This document shows positions 14,607-27,972 of a DNA stretch of 64,000 nucleotides, piece after piece; the first letter of the stretch is position 1; each line of letters starts with the position of its first letter. A program made the translations under genes and the position numbers. The stretch lies in assembly GCF_009914755.1 (NCBI RefSeq), contig NC_060930.1. The stretch is one strand, 5' to 3'. The stretch comes from the human T2T-CHM13v2.0 reference genome, Homo sapiens. The notes below the pieces were generated by a model. That model saw nothing but the letters and a program-made list of their open reading frames with translations. It was not told the DNA's origin and made no database searches.

Positions 14607-16194
14607 AATCAGAATACCATTGAGCAGAACCAATTTACTACTTGGCATAAGCAATATTCAAATGCTTCAGTGGGTAAACAAGCTGTAGTGAAAACCAACA
14701 GAATACTGCAAAACAAATGGAGAAAAATGCACTGCTGGCTACCATAACACCTAATCATACAGGGCAAATGGATTGCATGTTCAACTGGAAATTCAAAGAA
14801 TAACCAAGATACATGCCACAGGAGACATTTTAAGCCACCTTCTCTGATGGAAATAACAGCTTGAGTGCCTTGATTAACTACTCCTCTCAAAAATATTATG
14901 AAATCAGGAACTTCCAATAGCAGCAGTAGTGATATTAATTTAAGAGTAATTCATAACTGAAGGCAACAAGCTAAGTCTTCATGACAGTTCTCTGAATTTT
15001 CCAAATCATGGTATGGTCTGATGAAATGAAATAGTCAGCTTTTGCTTTCTACTTGGCAATACCAGAAGATTTTATGTGCCTGAGCCACAAATGCATTTAT
15101 ACAATCTTTTTCAATACTTACAACTCATCTATTAAATGGTAATGGTCTATTCCTCCAATAAAGACAGATTATTCTTTCGCTTAGGAGATAAACCTATAAA
15201 CTGGTTTCTTGTCTACAGCACTCATCCATTATAGATCTTGTGCCTTCTGAAAGATGAATAATTATAGCCCCTGAGGAGATTTGCTATATATAGTGCTGTG
15301 GTAGTCATCAAATTGGAGGGAAGGCTGATAGGTGTGGGCAACAATATAAAACGAACAACCCTCTTGTCTGCCAGACAGAAAGTAAATCGGTGAGAACAGC
15401 CCTCATTACTGCAAGTTGAGTGGGAAATGTGTGGCATCCAATTTCTGGGCATGTACTCTTTCTCTCTGTGATAAAATAAATATGACACCATGAAAACTTA
15501 CTTATCATAAATAAATTTATCTAATGAGTAAGTAAAAGAAAGATCATATATGACTTACGAATGAGTTCATTTGGGGCTCTTTTTTTTTTTATAAATAGTG
15601 CACCCTTTTTTATAAATAGTTGCCCATATTATTTTTTGCCACACAGGCAGTCTGTATTCCTTAGGGAAAAATGGCAGATCAGAAATCAGAATCTAACAAG
15701 CTGTGCATAATAAATGTGTAGCATATGTTACGGCTGAATTCATTCCTACTGTCTGCAGCATATACATTCTACCTAGGATTGCAGAAGTGCTTGTTATCTT
15801 GATGGCACTGAAGCAAGGAGAGAAGATGACATGAAGAATGCCATATATAGCTCAAGATATTGCCCCCTGGGACAATGTCAGAATTCCTAGCAATAAATCC
15901 ATGGGAATAAATTCAGGAATCACTAGGGCTTAAAATTACCATATTCCAATTATAGATTGTTCTTAACAGTCCCATAGGTCCTATGGACTCACTTTATAAG
16001 TTGTGTTGATTTCATTATAATGTACATCCTTTAAAAAATGCAGATTATAAATGACTTGGGCCTTCTATTAATTCAGTATATTCTTTGGATGATTCTGTTC
16101 TAACAATTCTTACTAGTAATGCAAATCCTTCTCTCTGTAGTTTCCAAATCCCCAGTTTCTTCTATTTAAAATGTCTACATGATTTATTATCTTA

Positions 16195-16730
16195 TCCTTC
16201 ATTCAACAAATATTTATTGACTGCCATCTATGTGTATAGCATTATGCTAGACACTAGGAGAGATGTAAATATGCATAATACACACTCCTAGCCCTCTAGA
16301 AAATGAATATTTTTCAGGACAATGAGATATGCACGTATTAAAAGTGAAATATCAATGCAGAAATTAAAATAATGCAAAACCATAAAAGAGATTTCTCAAA
16401 GCAGTACATTTTGAAATGCCAAGTAACTAGTATAGACAAAAAATAAGAGATTAGAAGAAACAATAATCTTTCAGTGCTCAGTGGTTAGAAAAAGCCTCCT
16501 GGAAAAGGAACAGATATGCATTGGATAGTTTTAAAGGAGGCTCTCTGGGCATGGTCAATACACAGAAGTGAGCTAGGCATTGTGTGTTAGGGGAAAATGG
16601 ACCACTTCTCAGATTGGAGAGAGGTTTAACTAGAGTTCAGGAGAACAAGCAGGAGAGTAATTTCAGCATCGTTTGTAGAGCATCTTGACTAGGATTCTGT
16701 GCTTTAGCTTCAAGGTAACTGGTGTCCATA
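16195..16730 (-). mobile_element. L2 fragment
   Basis: ttcattcaacaaatatttattgactgccatctatgtg...atgctagacactagg is the L2 3' terminus. Confidence 0.75.
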
Positions 16731-16739
16731 AAATATTTT

Positions 16740-17262
16740 ATTATTAAATCAACTTTATATAAGTATAATTTGTATGCAGTCAAGTACATACATTTTTGTT
16801 TTTTTATTTATTTTTTAACTGACAAAAACTATATACTTATGGTATACCACATGATGTTTTGAAATATGTATACATTTGTGGAATGCTTAAATTAAGATAA
16901 TTAAACACATATATCATTACCATTTTGTAGTAAGAACACTTAAAATCTACTCTCTTAGCAATTTTTAAGAATACAATCCATTGTTGTTAACTGTAGTTAC
17001 CATGCTATACAATAGATCTCTTTAATTTCCCCTAAATGAAATTTTGTAATCTTTGACCAACATCTCCCCAATCCTTCCCCCAGCCCCTGGTAACTACCAT
17101 TCTACTCTCTGCTTCTATTTCAGCTTTTTTAAAATTCCACTTATAAAAGAAATGCACACTTTTCAAAGGTACTGCAAGATGAGCTTTAACAAATCAATAC
17201 AGTCATGTAACCACCACTGCAATCAAAGTAGAGAAACTCTCCATCACTCCAGAAAGTTCTCT
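16740..17262 (-). mobile_element. Old L1 3' end with a nested L1MA 3' end (~16797-17146)
   Basis: acttaaaatctactctcttagcaattttt...gttaccatgctatacaatagatctc is L1MA 3' UTR, flanked by both halves of an older L1 3' end. Confidence 0.75.
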
Positions 17263-17296
17263 TGGTTTTATTATCAGAATCAACAAGCCCATTTAA

Positions 17297-19800
17297 GACT
17301 TCAGGTCAAATATGCCAGAATGACTGCCTACTTATGTCTCCTCTCACTCTGAAGACTCTGATAAAATGAAAATAAAGGAATAATATATATTTTATATATA
17401 ATACATGACCATATGTATTTATCCATGAGGATAAAGAGAATGTGGGCTAAGATATCAGCAGACAAGAAATTTCAGCACATCTTTGGACAATAGAAGGCAC
17501 ATAGATCTGCAGTAACTGACTTAGCAAAGGAAGTCATATTTGAAGGAGCCTCAGAGATGAGAAACCACTTTATCCAGAGAATCCCTGTGATTCTCAGACT
17601 ATCAATCTGATATTGCAGAAAGAAGGGATGAGGCATGAAGTTGAACAACAGAATTGGTTGAAAGTCTTCGTGTATGGACTAGCTAGATCCTCTGGCTCTC
17701 TCCTCTATGTTGTTCTGTCAGCAAATATACAGCACCTACACATTCCAAGCTCTCCAAGTGAGAGAAATGAGATTTACTTTCCTGAGAACTCACAGGAAGA
17801 AGCTTTGAACTCAGAGATGACAGACCTAGTGAGGGACATTAAATGAAGAAATTAAATGAAAGATTGAATACTGCATGGTAATTGGTCTCATGACATTGGC
17901 AGCTAGGTATATGGCCCACAGGCAGGAAACTGGAGGATTCTTCTCACAAAAACTAAATGCTCAGAGAGCAAAATTCCAGAGAGTGACTTTTAGGCTCTAT
18001 TTCAAAATCAAATGGCCATTTCACTGCCTGATCACCCTGCAAAAATGTTTTCCAGCTTAATGATTCTCACCTGCACATACAAAGATTCCCAGAAAGTCTC
18101 TATTTCTTCTTGATTTTATTAGAAATAAACAGCTAAGCATTATTGTCATTTTAGGAAAGCCTCCAACATGTATGGGAAAAGAGAAAATAAAGAATAAAAA
18201 GGACAAAGAGGGAAGAGAGTAAGTACAGAAAACAGAAAAAAATCCTTCCCAAAGTAAATACTTTTAGAGAGATAAGATAATATGTTGCATTCATAAACTA
18301 AGAACAGAAAGATTTCAAAAAAGAATCATTAAGAATCAGAAAGTAATGTTGAAAATTAAAACTTAGAAAGAATCAAGAAACTCTTCCAGAAAATAAAGCA
18401 AAAAGGCAGAGTTAGAAAAGAAGAAAAAAAGATATTAAAGTTTCAACCAAGAAAATACATCTGAGTTCCAGAAAGAGAAAAGATAAAATAGGAATAAGAA
18501 AATTGCCAAAGAAATGCCCTAAGAAAATTGTGTGATTATCTCCCATTGTCAGGTAGATATCCACAAGAAAATAAATCATTCTACCAAAAAGACACATGCA
18601 CTCACATGTTCATCACAGCACTATTCCCAATAGCAAAGACATAGAATCAGTCTAGGTGCCCATCAACAGTGGATTGGATAAAGGAAATGTGGTACACATA
18701 CGCCATGGAATACTACACAGCCATTAAAAAAGAATGAAATCTTGTCCTTTACAGCAACACGGATGCAACTGGAGGCCGTTATCCTAAGTTAATTAATGCA
18801 GGAACAGAAAACCAAATACCACATGTTCTCACTTACACGTAGGAGCTAAACACTAGGTACTCACGGACATGAAGATGGCAACAATAGACACTGGGGATTA
18901 CTAGGAGGGGAGGGAGGGAGGAGAGCAAGGGTTGAAAAACTAACCATTGTGTAGGTACTGTGTTCACTACCTGGATGGCCAGATAAATCATACCCCAAAC
19001 CTCAGCATCATGCAGTATACCCATGTAACAAACCTGCACATGTACCCCCAGAATCTAAAATAAAAGTTGAAATTATTTTTTTTTAAAGAAAATTACGTGA
19101 GTATCCAGGTGGAAAGGATGGCTCAATAAATTGCAAACAGACTCATCATAAGACATATTATTATAAATTCCAGTATATCAGAGATTAAGAGAAGATTAAT
19201 AATAATTTTTAAAGGGCTTTCAGAGAGAAAAATAAAGCCACTCACAAAGGAACATGGATCAGAATGGCAGTGGATGTTTCACTAACCACACTTGATACCA
19301 GAAAACAGTAGAGCAATATTCTCAAAATCCAGAAGGCAAATTATTTATAAACTTGAAATGTATACCCAGCCAAAATATCAGTTGAGCATGAGAGTAAAAG
19401 GAAGATACTCTCAGAGAGGAAATTTCTCAAAAATTGTCCTCCCATCCGTCCTTCCTTGAGAAACAACTGAAGGATGTTATCCATAGAAACAAGGAAAATG
19501 ATCAAGATAGGAAAAGACATGGAATCTAGAAAATGTGGAAATTCAATTGGAAAGTCGGGAATGAAATTCCCAGGATGATGTTGAAGAGAGGTTCCCTTGT
19601 GACAGTCGGCAGGGTTGGTCAGGGGGAGGGAGAAGGAGCACAGATGGTTCTGGGGGGGTTGCCAGGGGGAAAAAAGGAGTTCATAGATTTTCAGAAACAT
19701 TTTAAAGAAAATTCTATAAGAAGAAAAAGGAAGCAATTAATAAATTCAGGTTGTGGGTACACCAAGAGCAACTGAAAAATGCAAGTGAAATAATCAGATG
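17297..19800 (+). mobile_element. HAL1 (half-L1, ORF1-like only), largely complete and interrupted by L1PA
   Basis: 5' gacttcaggtc; ORF1-like A-rich body (gctttcagagagaaaa...atcagaatggcagtggatgtt...tatacccagccaaa); HAL1-type aaattcccaggatgatgttgaagagaggttccc. Confidence 0.65.
18541..19085 (+). mobile_element. 5'-truncated L1PA (L1PA15/16-like)
   Basis: 3' UTR ending ctaaaataaaagttgaaatt; decayed 20-bp TSD aagaaaattgtgtgattatc (18521-18540) / aagaaaattacgtgagtatc (19086-19105). Confidence 0.9.
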
Positions 19801-19854
19801 AAGGGGGCTTTAAACAAATAAGTCTGAAATGAGCAGAGAATGGGAGTAATATAG

Positions 19855-19942
19855 GATGCAGATGTGTACATGCATGTGTGTGTGCATATGAACTAGTGTG
19901 CAGATGAGTGAATGTGTGCTTGTGTGTGTGCATGAGTGTGCT
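19855..19942. repeat. Degenerate (TG)n/(TGCA)n simple repeat
   Basis: Alternating purine-pyrimidine tract seen directly. Confidence 0.7.
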
Positions 19943-21194
19943 GCAGAGGCGGGAGGTGAAGACAGAGGAAGAAGGAAGAATTATACTATATTTACAGGTC
20001 CCTGTTGCTGATGTAAATCTCAGGCTGCTTTACGGAAAGGTCCTTCAGATGATTACAGAATCTCCCCATTTGCCTTTCCAGCCTACTGTAAGGTGAGAGA
20101 TCTCTGCCAACTCTGCCACGTGGCCTGTGGTTTGTTATATCTTCTTAAGAGTCGGTATTTCTCCTGTGCAGCCATCTCCACGGTGCAGCCCTTGACCTGA
20201 GGCTTGAGGAGTTTGGTGGTATTGTGAAGTCTGTTGATGTGAGAAGGCTTCCTGGGGTCCATATTATAACCCCTGTGCCAAAGTCTGTTGTCATGTCCTT
20301 GAGCTGAGTTGTGTAAAGCAGACTATGTAGAATATGTCTCAAACAGTACATTTTAAAGCCTCTGTGTGGTGCTTCCACCCGTTAAAAGGGTTTCGGCAAA
20401 AAGTACAGGAGCCAGGGAGGCTCCCTGTTGATTTTGAGAAGGCGGATGACTCTTTGCCTTTTAAAAATCTAGGTGGAAGCCACAGTGGGAATGCTATTCT
20501 GCAAAAATGTTTGCTTTCTTTCTTTCTTTCTTTCTTTCTTTTTTCTTTGCTTCCTTCACTATTATTATTGATTGTTGTTATTTGTCATTAAGATCCAGGA
20601 CACAAAAAAACTTTAAAATATTATTTATTTCACACAGCACAATCTTATAGAAATTATGCCAATTATACCAGGATGGAGGTAGAATAGTAGCCTAGCCAAA
20701 AAGAACAGCAGGAATGACAGTGGCATTGGGTTGGGGTGGCACCAGATCACTAGGAGGATCCTGACAGGGAGTTCCAGGCTGGCAGCCACCCCTGGCACCT
20801 GGGCTCAGAGAGTTGGGTTCAGGTCCCAGCTGTGAACTGAGGCAAATGATCTGACATGTCTATAAAATAGAGGTCATTATTCATATTGTGAGATTGCTTC
20901 AAAGATTCTATAAGTGCAAGATTTTAGATGTAGGAAATAATAAAATATAATTTATTATCATAATTCCTAGAATAATACATATAATAATTATATGATGTAT
21001 GATATATAATTACCAATACATTTTGTAATATTATATATAATATATAAAATATCCTTCCATCTTTCCATGTTTGATACATTGTTCCCAACTTATAGACAAT
21101 TAAGCTGTTATTGATAGGTAACTGGAATCACTATGATGTCAGTTCTCACGTTATGCCCCTGGTACAAAGATCAATTTTTCAGCCGAGGCAGCCA

Positions 21195-21385
21195 CTAAGG
21201 AGTAAAAAGAGCCCTGATGTCCTTAGGATCTAAGGCCAGGGGTCTCAACTCTGCTATACCTCCTGACCGTGCACCCTTGGTCAGGTCATGCTTCCTCTCT
21301 AAGCCTGAATCTTCTCATCTGTACCACGAAGGGGTTGGATGGATAGGCTCTAAGTTTCTCTATCAAGTCAGAAATTCTGTTTCTT
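21195..21385 (+). mobile_element. MIR3/MIR
   Basis: MIR core (ccttggtcaggtcatgcttcctctctaagcctga...catctgta) plus L3-like tail ggctctaagtttctc...aaattctgt. Confidence 0.7.
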
Positions 21386-21427
21386 ATATAAGACATTTGG
21401 ACTGGACATAGGCATGAGCAGCAACCC

Positions 21428-21997
21428 CGTTAGTTATCTATTACTGCATAACAACTTACCCCAAAATTAGCAGCTTGGGCAATATCATTTCTGTGGATCA
21501 GGAATCCAGGCTCCTCTTTGCTGGCAGCCTCTGATTTGGGGTCTCTCACAAGGCTGTGATCAGGCTCTTGGCCAGGGCTGCAGTCATCTCAGGGTTTAAG
21601 GAGGGTGGGGACGGGGATCCCATTCTAAGTTCACTCATGTGGCTCTTGGCACCATTTAGTTCCCCAAGGATTGTTGAACGAAAGGTCTCGCTGGCTGCTG
21701 GCCAGAGACATCCATTCCTTCCGTGTGGGCTTCTCCATAGCGCTACTCAAAACATGGCAGCTAGCTTTCCCCAGAGTGACGGCTCTAAGAGAGAGAGGGA
21801 AAGAGAGAAGGTGCCCAAAATAGAAGCCACAGTCTTTTTGTAACCAAACCTTGGACGGGCATTTCATTGCTTCTGTCAAATTCTATTTATTAGAGCAAGT
21901 CAATAAGTTTGGCTCACATTCAAGGAGAAGGGGCGACACAAGGACATGTGGGGTGGGAGGCAGGGACCCGTGGGCCTCTTAGAGTCTGCCAATCACA
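21428..21997 (-). mobile_element. MLT1F/G-like MaLR solo LTR
   Basis: gttagttatctattactgcataacaacttaccccaaaattagcagctt ... tcttagagtctgccaatcaca. Confidence 0.85.
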
Positions 21998-22329
21998 GTA
22001 ACTAATGGAGATTCATCAGGACATTTCCTTGTAGTTGGAATCATGATACTGTTTACCCACTAGTCCATTCATGCAGCAAATATTATGCATTGCCTTCCAT
22101 GGCAATGCCTTGTGTTATACATTCAGAGGCAGCAAAGACAACAGCCAAGAAGGTCCTTGTCCCCATCTATTCACATTTGTACTCAGGGAAGGGAATGGGG
22201 GGAGGCAATCAGAATTGCTTGGAGCTGCTTCTCAACTCAGTGTGTCCATAAGAAGCCTGCACACACAGTGATTCCAATATAATTTCTGTTAAGAACTATT
22301 AATAAGGGAAAAGGTAAGACTGGTACTGA

Positions 22330-22838
<509 letters not shown>

Positions 22839-23715
22839 TAATTTTCTATGCCCACTTCCCCTACCAGATGGAAAACTTAATTGAGAGCAGTGTTTTTGTC
22901 ACATTTATATCTCCCCACCTCCAAGTCGCCCCTTTCCAGTCAATCTCCCTCTAGTCCTATTTAGTTTAATGTTTTGTACGTGGTATGTATTCAATAAATT
23001 GTTAACTTAAAAAGTAAAATAAAATGAGATACAAAGTACTACAGAAGTCCAGAGGAGGCAGCACACTTCACTAAGAATATCATGTGAAGTCTTTCTGGGG
23101 GAGATGGAATTTATATTTGGTTTCCTTTGAAATTAATTTTTTGCCAGTAAAGTTTTAGTTCCAGTCCCTGTTGGTGAGAGGGTAGCAAGGCTGGGAGATG
23201 AGGCCTGTGCAAGACATGGTGGGCCAGGGGTGAGGGTTGCTTATTCCTTCCATGTTAACCATCCATGGCCTCTGGACTTTCTGGCCTTCTTTTATTTTAT
23301 TTAATTTTTTTTTTTTTTTTTTTTTTTTTACTGTTCTGAAGGTACCTAAGGTACATCAGCAGTTTTATCTTTCTTGATGCCAAGACACAAGGGGAAAATG
23401 GTGTCTTCTTTAAAGGCTGATCACTGAGTGTTGTGGGGCACCACTTAGCAGTCCCATGAGGAGCCTCTGCATGGCACAAGTGTCCCTGAATGAGTCAAAT
23501 GGTGTCCTCCAAAAACCCACACCTACTCAGAACCTCAGAATGTGATCTTATTTGGAAATAGGATCTTTATAGATGTAATTAGTTAAGGATCTTGTGATGA
23601 AATCACCGTGGATAGAGAGTGGACTCTAAATCTAATGACTGGTGCCCTGGTGCCCTTATAAGAAAAGGAAAGGACACATGAAGACAGAGGCAGATTTGAG
23701 TTATGCCTACTAGGA

Positions 23716-26700
23716 TGTTGCCATTTATAATAAGAAATATATATTCTTGTCTTCCTTCCCAGTTCCTGACACAGAAATTCTAATTCCTTGGAATTGCTTG
23801 AATGAACATCTTTTGTTCCAATGAGTCAACTCTTAGGGGTTCCTGGGTGGGGGTTGTCACCAGAAAGACCAAGCCATGATTAGACACTTGGAAGTTTCAG
23901 CTCCATCCCCCATTGATAGGGTTTGAATATGTGTCCCCTCTAAATCTCATGTCAAATTGTAATCACAAGTGTTGGAGGTGGGGATTGGTGGGGGCAATTG
24001 GATCATGGGGGTCAATTTCTCATGAATAGTTTAGCACCATCCTCTTGGTGCTGCCCTCGTGATAGTGAGTGACTTCTTAGGAGATCTGGCTGTTTAAAAG
24101 CATGTGACACCTTGCTCTCTCTCTCTTGCTGCTGCGTCCACCATGTGATGTGCCTGCTTCCCGTTCACCTTAGGCCATGATTGTAAGCTTCCTGAGGGCC
24201 CCCTAGAAGCAGATGCTACTATGTTTGCTGTTCAGCCTGTAGAACCGTGAGCCAATTAACCCTCTTTTCTTATAAATTACTGGTCACAGGTATTTCTTTA
24301 TAGCAATGCAAGAACAGCTTAACACAGAAAATTGGTACCTGGAATGGGGTGTTGCTATAAAGACACCTGAAAATGTGGAAGCAGCTTTGGAACTGGGTAA
24401 TTGGCAGAAGTTGGAAGAGTTTGGGGGGCTCAGAAGACAGGAAGATGAGGGAAAGTTTGGGACTTTTTAGATACTGATTAAATTATTGTGAACAAAATGT
24501 TGACAGTGATACAGACAATGCAGTTCACACTGCCAAGGTCTCAGATGGAAATGAAGAACTTATTGGGAACTGGAGCAAAGGTCACGCATGTTATGCCTTT
24601 GCAAATAACTTGGTTGAATTCTGTTCATGCCCTAGGAATCTGTGGAAGTTTGAACATTAGAGTAATGATTTAGGGTATCTGGGAGAAGAAATTTCTAAGC
24701 AGCAAAGTGTTCAAGATGTGGCCTGATTGCTTCTAACAACCTACAGGAGGAAATAAATGACTTAAAGGAGGAAATACAGGAGAAAATAAATGACTTAAAG
24801 TTGGAATTTATATTTAAACAGGAAGCAGAGCTTAAAAGTGGAAGATTTGCAGCCTGACCATGAGGCAGAGAAAGAAAAAGCTTTTTCGAGAGAGGAATTC
24901 AAGCAGGCTATGGAGCAACCACTTGCTAGAGAAGTTTGCCTAACCAAAAATGAGCCTTGGAACTTCTCCTGTGGAGAAGCAAACAAATAATAATAATTTT
25001 TAAAAATTAAAAGGAGCCAAGTGCTGATTGCCAAGACAATGGAAAAAAGATGTTGAAGGCATTTCTGAGATCTTCAAGGCAGCCCCTTCCATCACAGACC
25101 CATAGGTGTAGGAGGGAAGAATGGCTGTGTGGGTGAGGCCCAGGGCCTGGCTGCCCTGTGCAGCCTTTGGACACTGTTCCCACATTCAGGATGCTCCAGC
25201 CCCATCCTAGGCTCAAGGGGGTTCAGGTACAGCTCAGGCTGCTGCTCCAGTTCCAGAGGGTGCAAGCCATAAGACTTGGTGGCTTCACGTGGTGTTAAGC
25301 CTGCAGGCATACAGAATTCAAGAGTGAAGGAGGCTTGGCACCCTCCACCTAAATTTCAGAGGGTATATGAGAAAGCCTGGGTGCCCAGCAGAAGCTTGCT
25401 GCAGAGGTCAGAGACCTCACAAAGAGTTTCAACTAGGGCAGTGCAGAGGGAAAATGTGAGGTTGGAGTTCCCACATGGAGTCCTTAATAGGGCACTGCCT
25501 AGTGGAGCTGTGAGAAAGGGATCACTGTCCTCCAGACCCCAGAATGGTAGATCCACTGGCAGCTTGCACCATGCACCTGGAAAAGCTACAGGCACTCAAC
25601 AACTTGTAAGAGCAGCCATGGGAGCTGAACCCTGCAAAGTCACGGGGCATAGCTGCCCAAAGACTTGAGAGCCGACCCCTTGTATTGGTGTGTTCTGGAT
25701 GTGGGACATGCAGTCAATGGAGATTATTTTGGAGCTGTACCATTTAATGACTGCCCTTGGTTTCAAAGTTTGGGTTTCAGACTTGCGTGAGGCCTGTACC
25801 CACTTTCTTATGGCCAATTTCTCCCTTTCGGAATGTGAATGTTTACCTAGTGCCTATACCCCCATTTTATCTTGGAAGTAAATAACCTATTTTCTATTTT
25901 ACAGGCTCATAAATGGAAAGGACTTGCCTTGTCTCAGATGAGATTTTGGAGTGTGGACTTTTGAGTTAACTCTGGAATGAGTTAAGTCTTTGGGAGACTG
26001 TTGGGAAGGCATGACTGTATTTTGCAATGTGAGAAGGACATGAGACTTGAGGGGCTAGTGGCAGAATAATGTACTTTGGATCTGTGTCACCTCTAAATCT
26101 CATGTCAAATTATAATTCCCAGTGCTGGAGGCGAGGCCTGGTGGAAGGTGATTGGATCATGGGGGTGGATTTCTCATGAATGGATTAACACCATTCCCTT
26201 GGTGCCGTCCTCAAAATAGTGAGTGAATTCTTGCAAGATCTGGTCATTTAAAAGTGTGTGGTACCTCCCCCTCCATTCTCTCTCCAGCTGCTGCTTTCGC
26301 CATGTGAGGCGCCTGCTCCCCCTTTGCCTTCTGCCATAATTGGCTTACTCCCTATGGCCTTGCCAGAAGCAGATGCTGGCACTATGCTTCCTGTGCAGCC
26401 TGCGGAACTGTGACTCAATTAAACCTCTATTCTTATAAATTACCCAATCTCAGGTATTTTGTTACAGCAATGTGAGAACTGCCTAACACACCCATCCTCC
26501 AGGAATAGAAGAGAGGCTGGAGACTGATAAACAATCATGCCTACGTGATGAAGCCTTTATAAAAATAAGTAAACTGCAGGGTTCAAAGAGCTCCTAGGTT
26601 GGTGAACACATCCACGTGCTGTGAGGGTGGCTCACTTCAACTCCACAGGGACAGAAGCTTCTACACTCAGATCCTGCCAGATCTCACCCTATGTATCTCT

Positions 26701-27098
26701 TCATCTGGCTGTTTATCCATATTCTTCATTATAACCTTTTCAATATAATAAATTGATAAGCATAAGTGATTCCCTGAGTTCTGTGAACCTCTCTAGCAAA
26801 TTAATCAAATGCAAGGAGGGGGTCATGGGAACCTCCGATTTGTAGTCAAGTGGAACAGAAGTTGGGGGTAACCTATTGTGATTGGCATCTGAAGCTGGGG
26901 GGCAGTCTTGTGGGATTGAGCCCCTACTCTGTGATATCTGTAGCTATCTCCAGGTAGATAGTATCAAAATTGAGTTAAATTATAGGACAATCAATTGATG
27001 TGGGAGACCCATTTCCCACACACACATCTGGTCACAGAGGTGTTCTGTGTTGAATGTGTGAGCGTAGGAAAAACCATTTGGTTTTCCAATCTCTAATA
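23716..27098 (+). mobile_element. MER21-type LTR split by the MSTA provirus (halves 23716-23913 and 26496-27098)
   Basis: accagaaagaccaagccatgattaga...tttcagc continues as cctccagg...gagaggctggagactga...caatcatgcctacgtgatgaagcct. Confidence 0.8.
23914..26490 (+). mobile_element. Complete MSTA MaLR provirus (LTR 23914-24326, internal 24327-26066, LTR 26067-26490)
   Basis: Two homologous LTRs ending aacaca; internal region starts gaaaattggtacc and ends in a purine tract; perfect 5-bp TSD cccat at 23909-23913 and 26491-26495. Confidence 0.95.
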
Positions 27099-27458
27099 TC
27101 TCCGAAAGCCAAGAAATGCCTTGAGCCACCAGAAGCTGGAAGAAACAAGGAGAGATTCTCCCTCAGGGTCTTTGGAGGGAGTACAGCCCTGAAGACACCT
27201 TGCTTTCAGACTTCTGGACTCCAGAACTGGGAGAGAAGAAATTTCTATTGTTTTATACCACTACATTTGTAGTGCTAGATCATCTCTGTGTTGTTTTTAC
27301 CATCTGTGAAATCTTGAGTGACTATATAACTTTCTAATCTCCAAAACTGAGATAGTAACAATACCTACCTGATATTGTAATTGTGAAAGCTGATGCAATA
27401 ATGTTCACAGCACATAGAAGTACGTGCTTAATACATATCTTAATAAATGTTGATTTTC

Positions 27459-27972
27459 CATGCTACTATAAAGACACATGCACACGTATGTTTATTGTAG
27501 CACCATTCACAATAGCAAAAACTTGGAACCAACCCAAGTGTCCATCAATGATAGACTGGATTAAGAAAATATGGCACATATACACCATGGAATACTGTGC
27601 AGCCATAAAGAAGGATGAGTTCATGTCCTTTGCAGGGACATGGATGCAGCTGGAAACCATCATTCTGAGCAAACTACCACAAGAACAGAAAACCAACCAC
27701 CACATGTTCTCACTCATAGGTGGGAACTGAACAATAAGAACACTTGGACACAGGGCAGGGAACATCACACCCTGGGCCTGTCATGGGGTGAGGGGCAGAG
27801 GGGAGGGATAGCATTAGGAGAGATACCTAATGTAGATGAGGAGTCAATGAGTGCAGCAAACCAACATGGCACATGTATACTATGCAGCAAACCTGCACGT
27901 TGTGCACATGCACCCTAGAACTTAAAGTACAATAAAAAATGTATATATATAATAAGAAAAAACAAAACAAAA
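27459..27972 (+). mobile_element. 5'-truncated L1PA (L1PA6-like) inserted in a MIR tail
   Basis: ORF2 end (...FSLIGGN) and 3' UTR; perfect 17-bp TSD aataaatgttgattttc at 27442-27458 and 27973-27989. Confidence 0.95.

Larger units (their letters stand above)
23481..27276 (+). mobile_element. MLT1C LTR split by nested inserts (halves ~23481-23711 and ~27105-27276)
   Basis: gaacctcagaatgtgatcttatttggaaatagg...gcagatttgagttatgc continues as aagccaagaaatgcc...ccaccagaagctggaagaaacaagg. Confidence 0.85.

Noticed and set aside
14609-15491. Minus-strand ORFs suggesting a unitary pseudogene (KIAA0825-like by eye)
   Set aside because: The similarity was weak and there was no coherent exon structure. 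The + strand gives a better, ordered series of RT and C-terminal RTE motifs.
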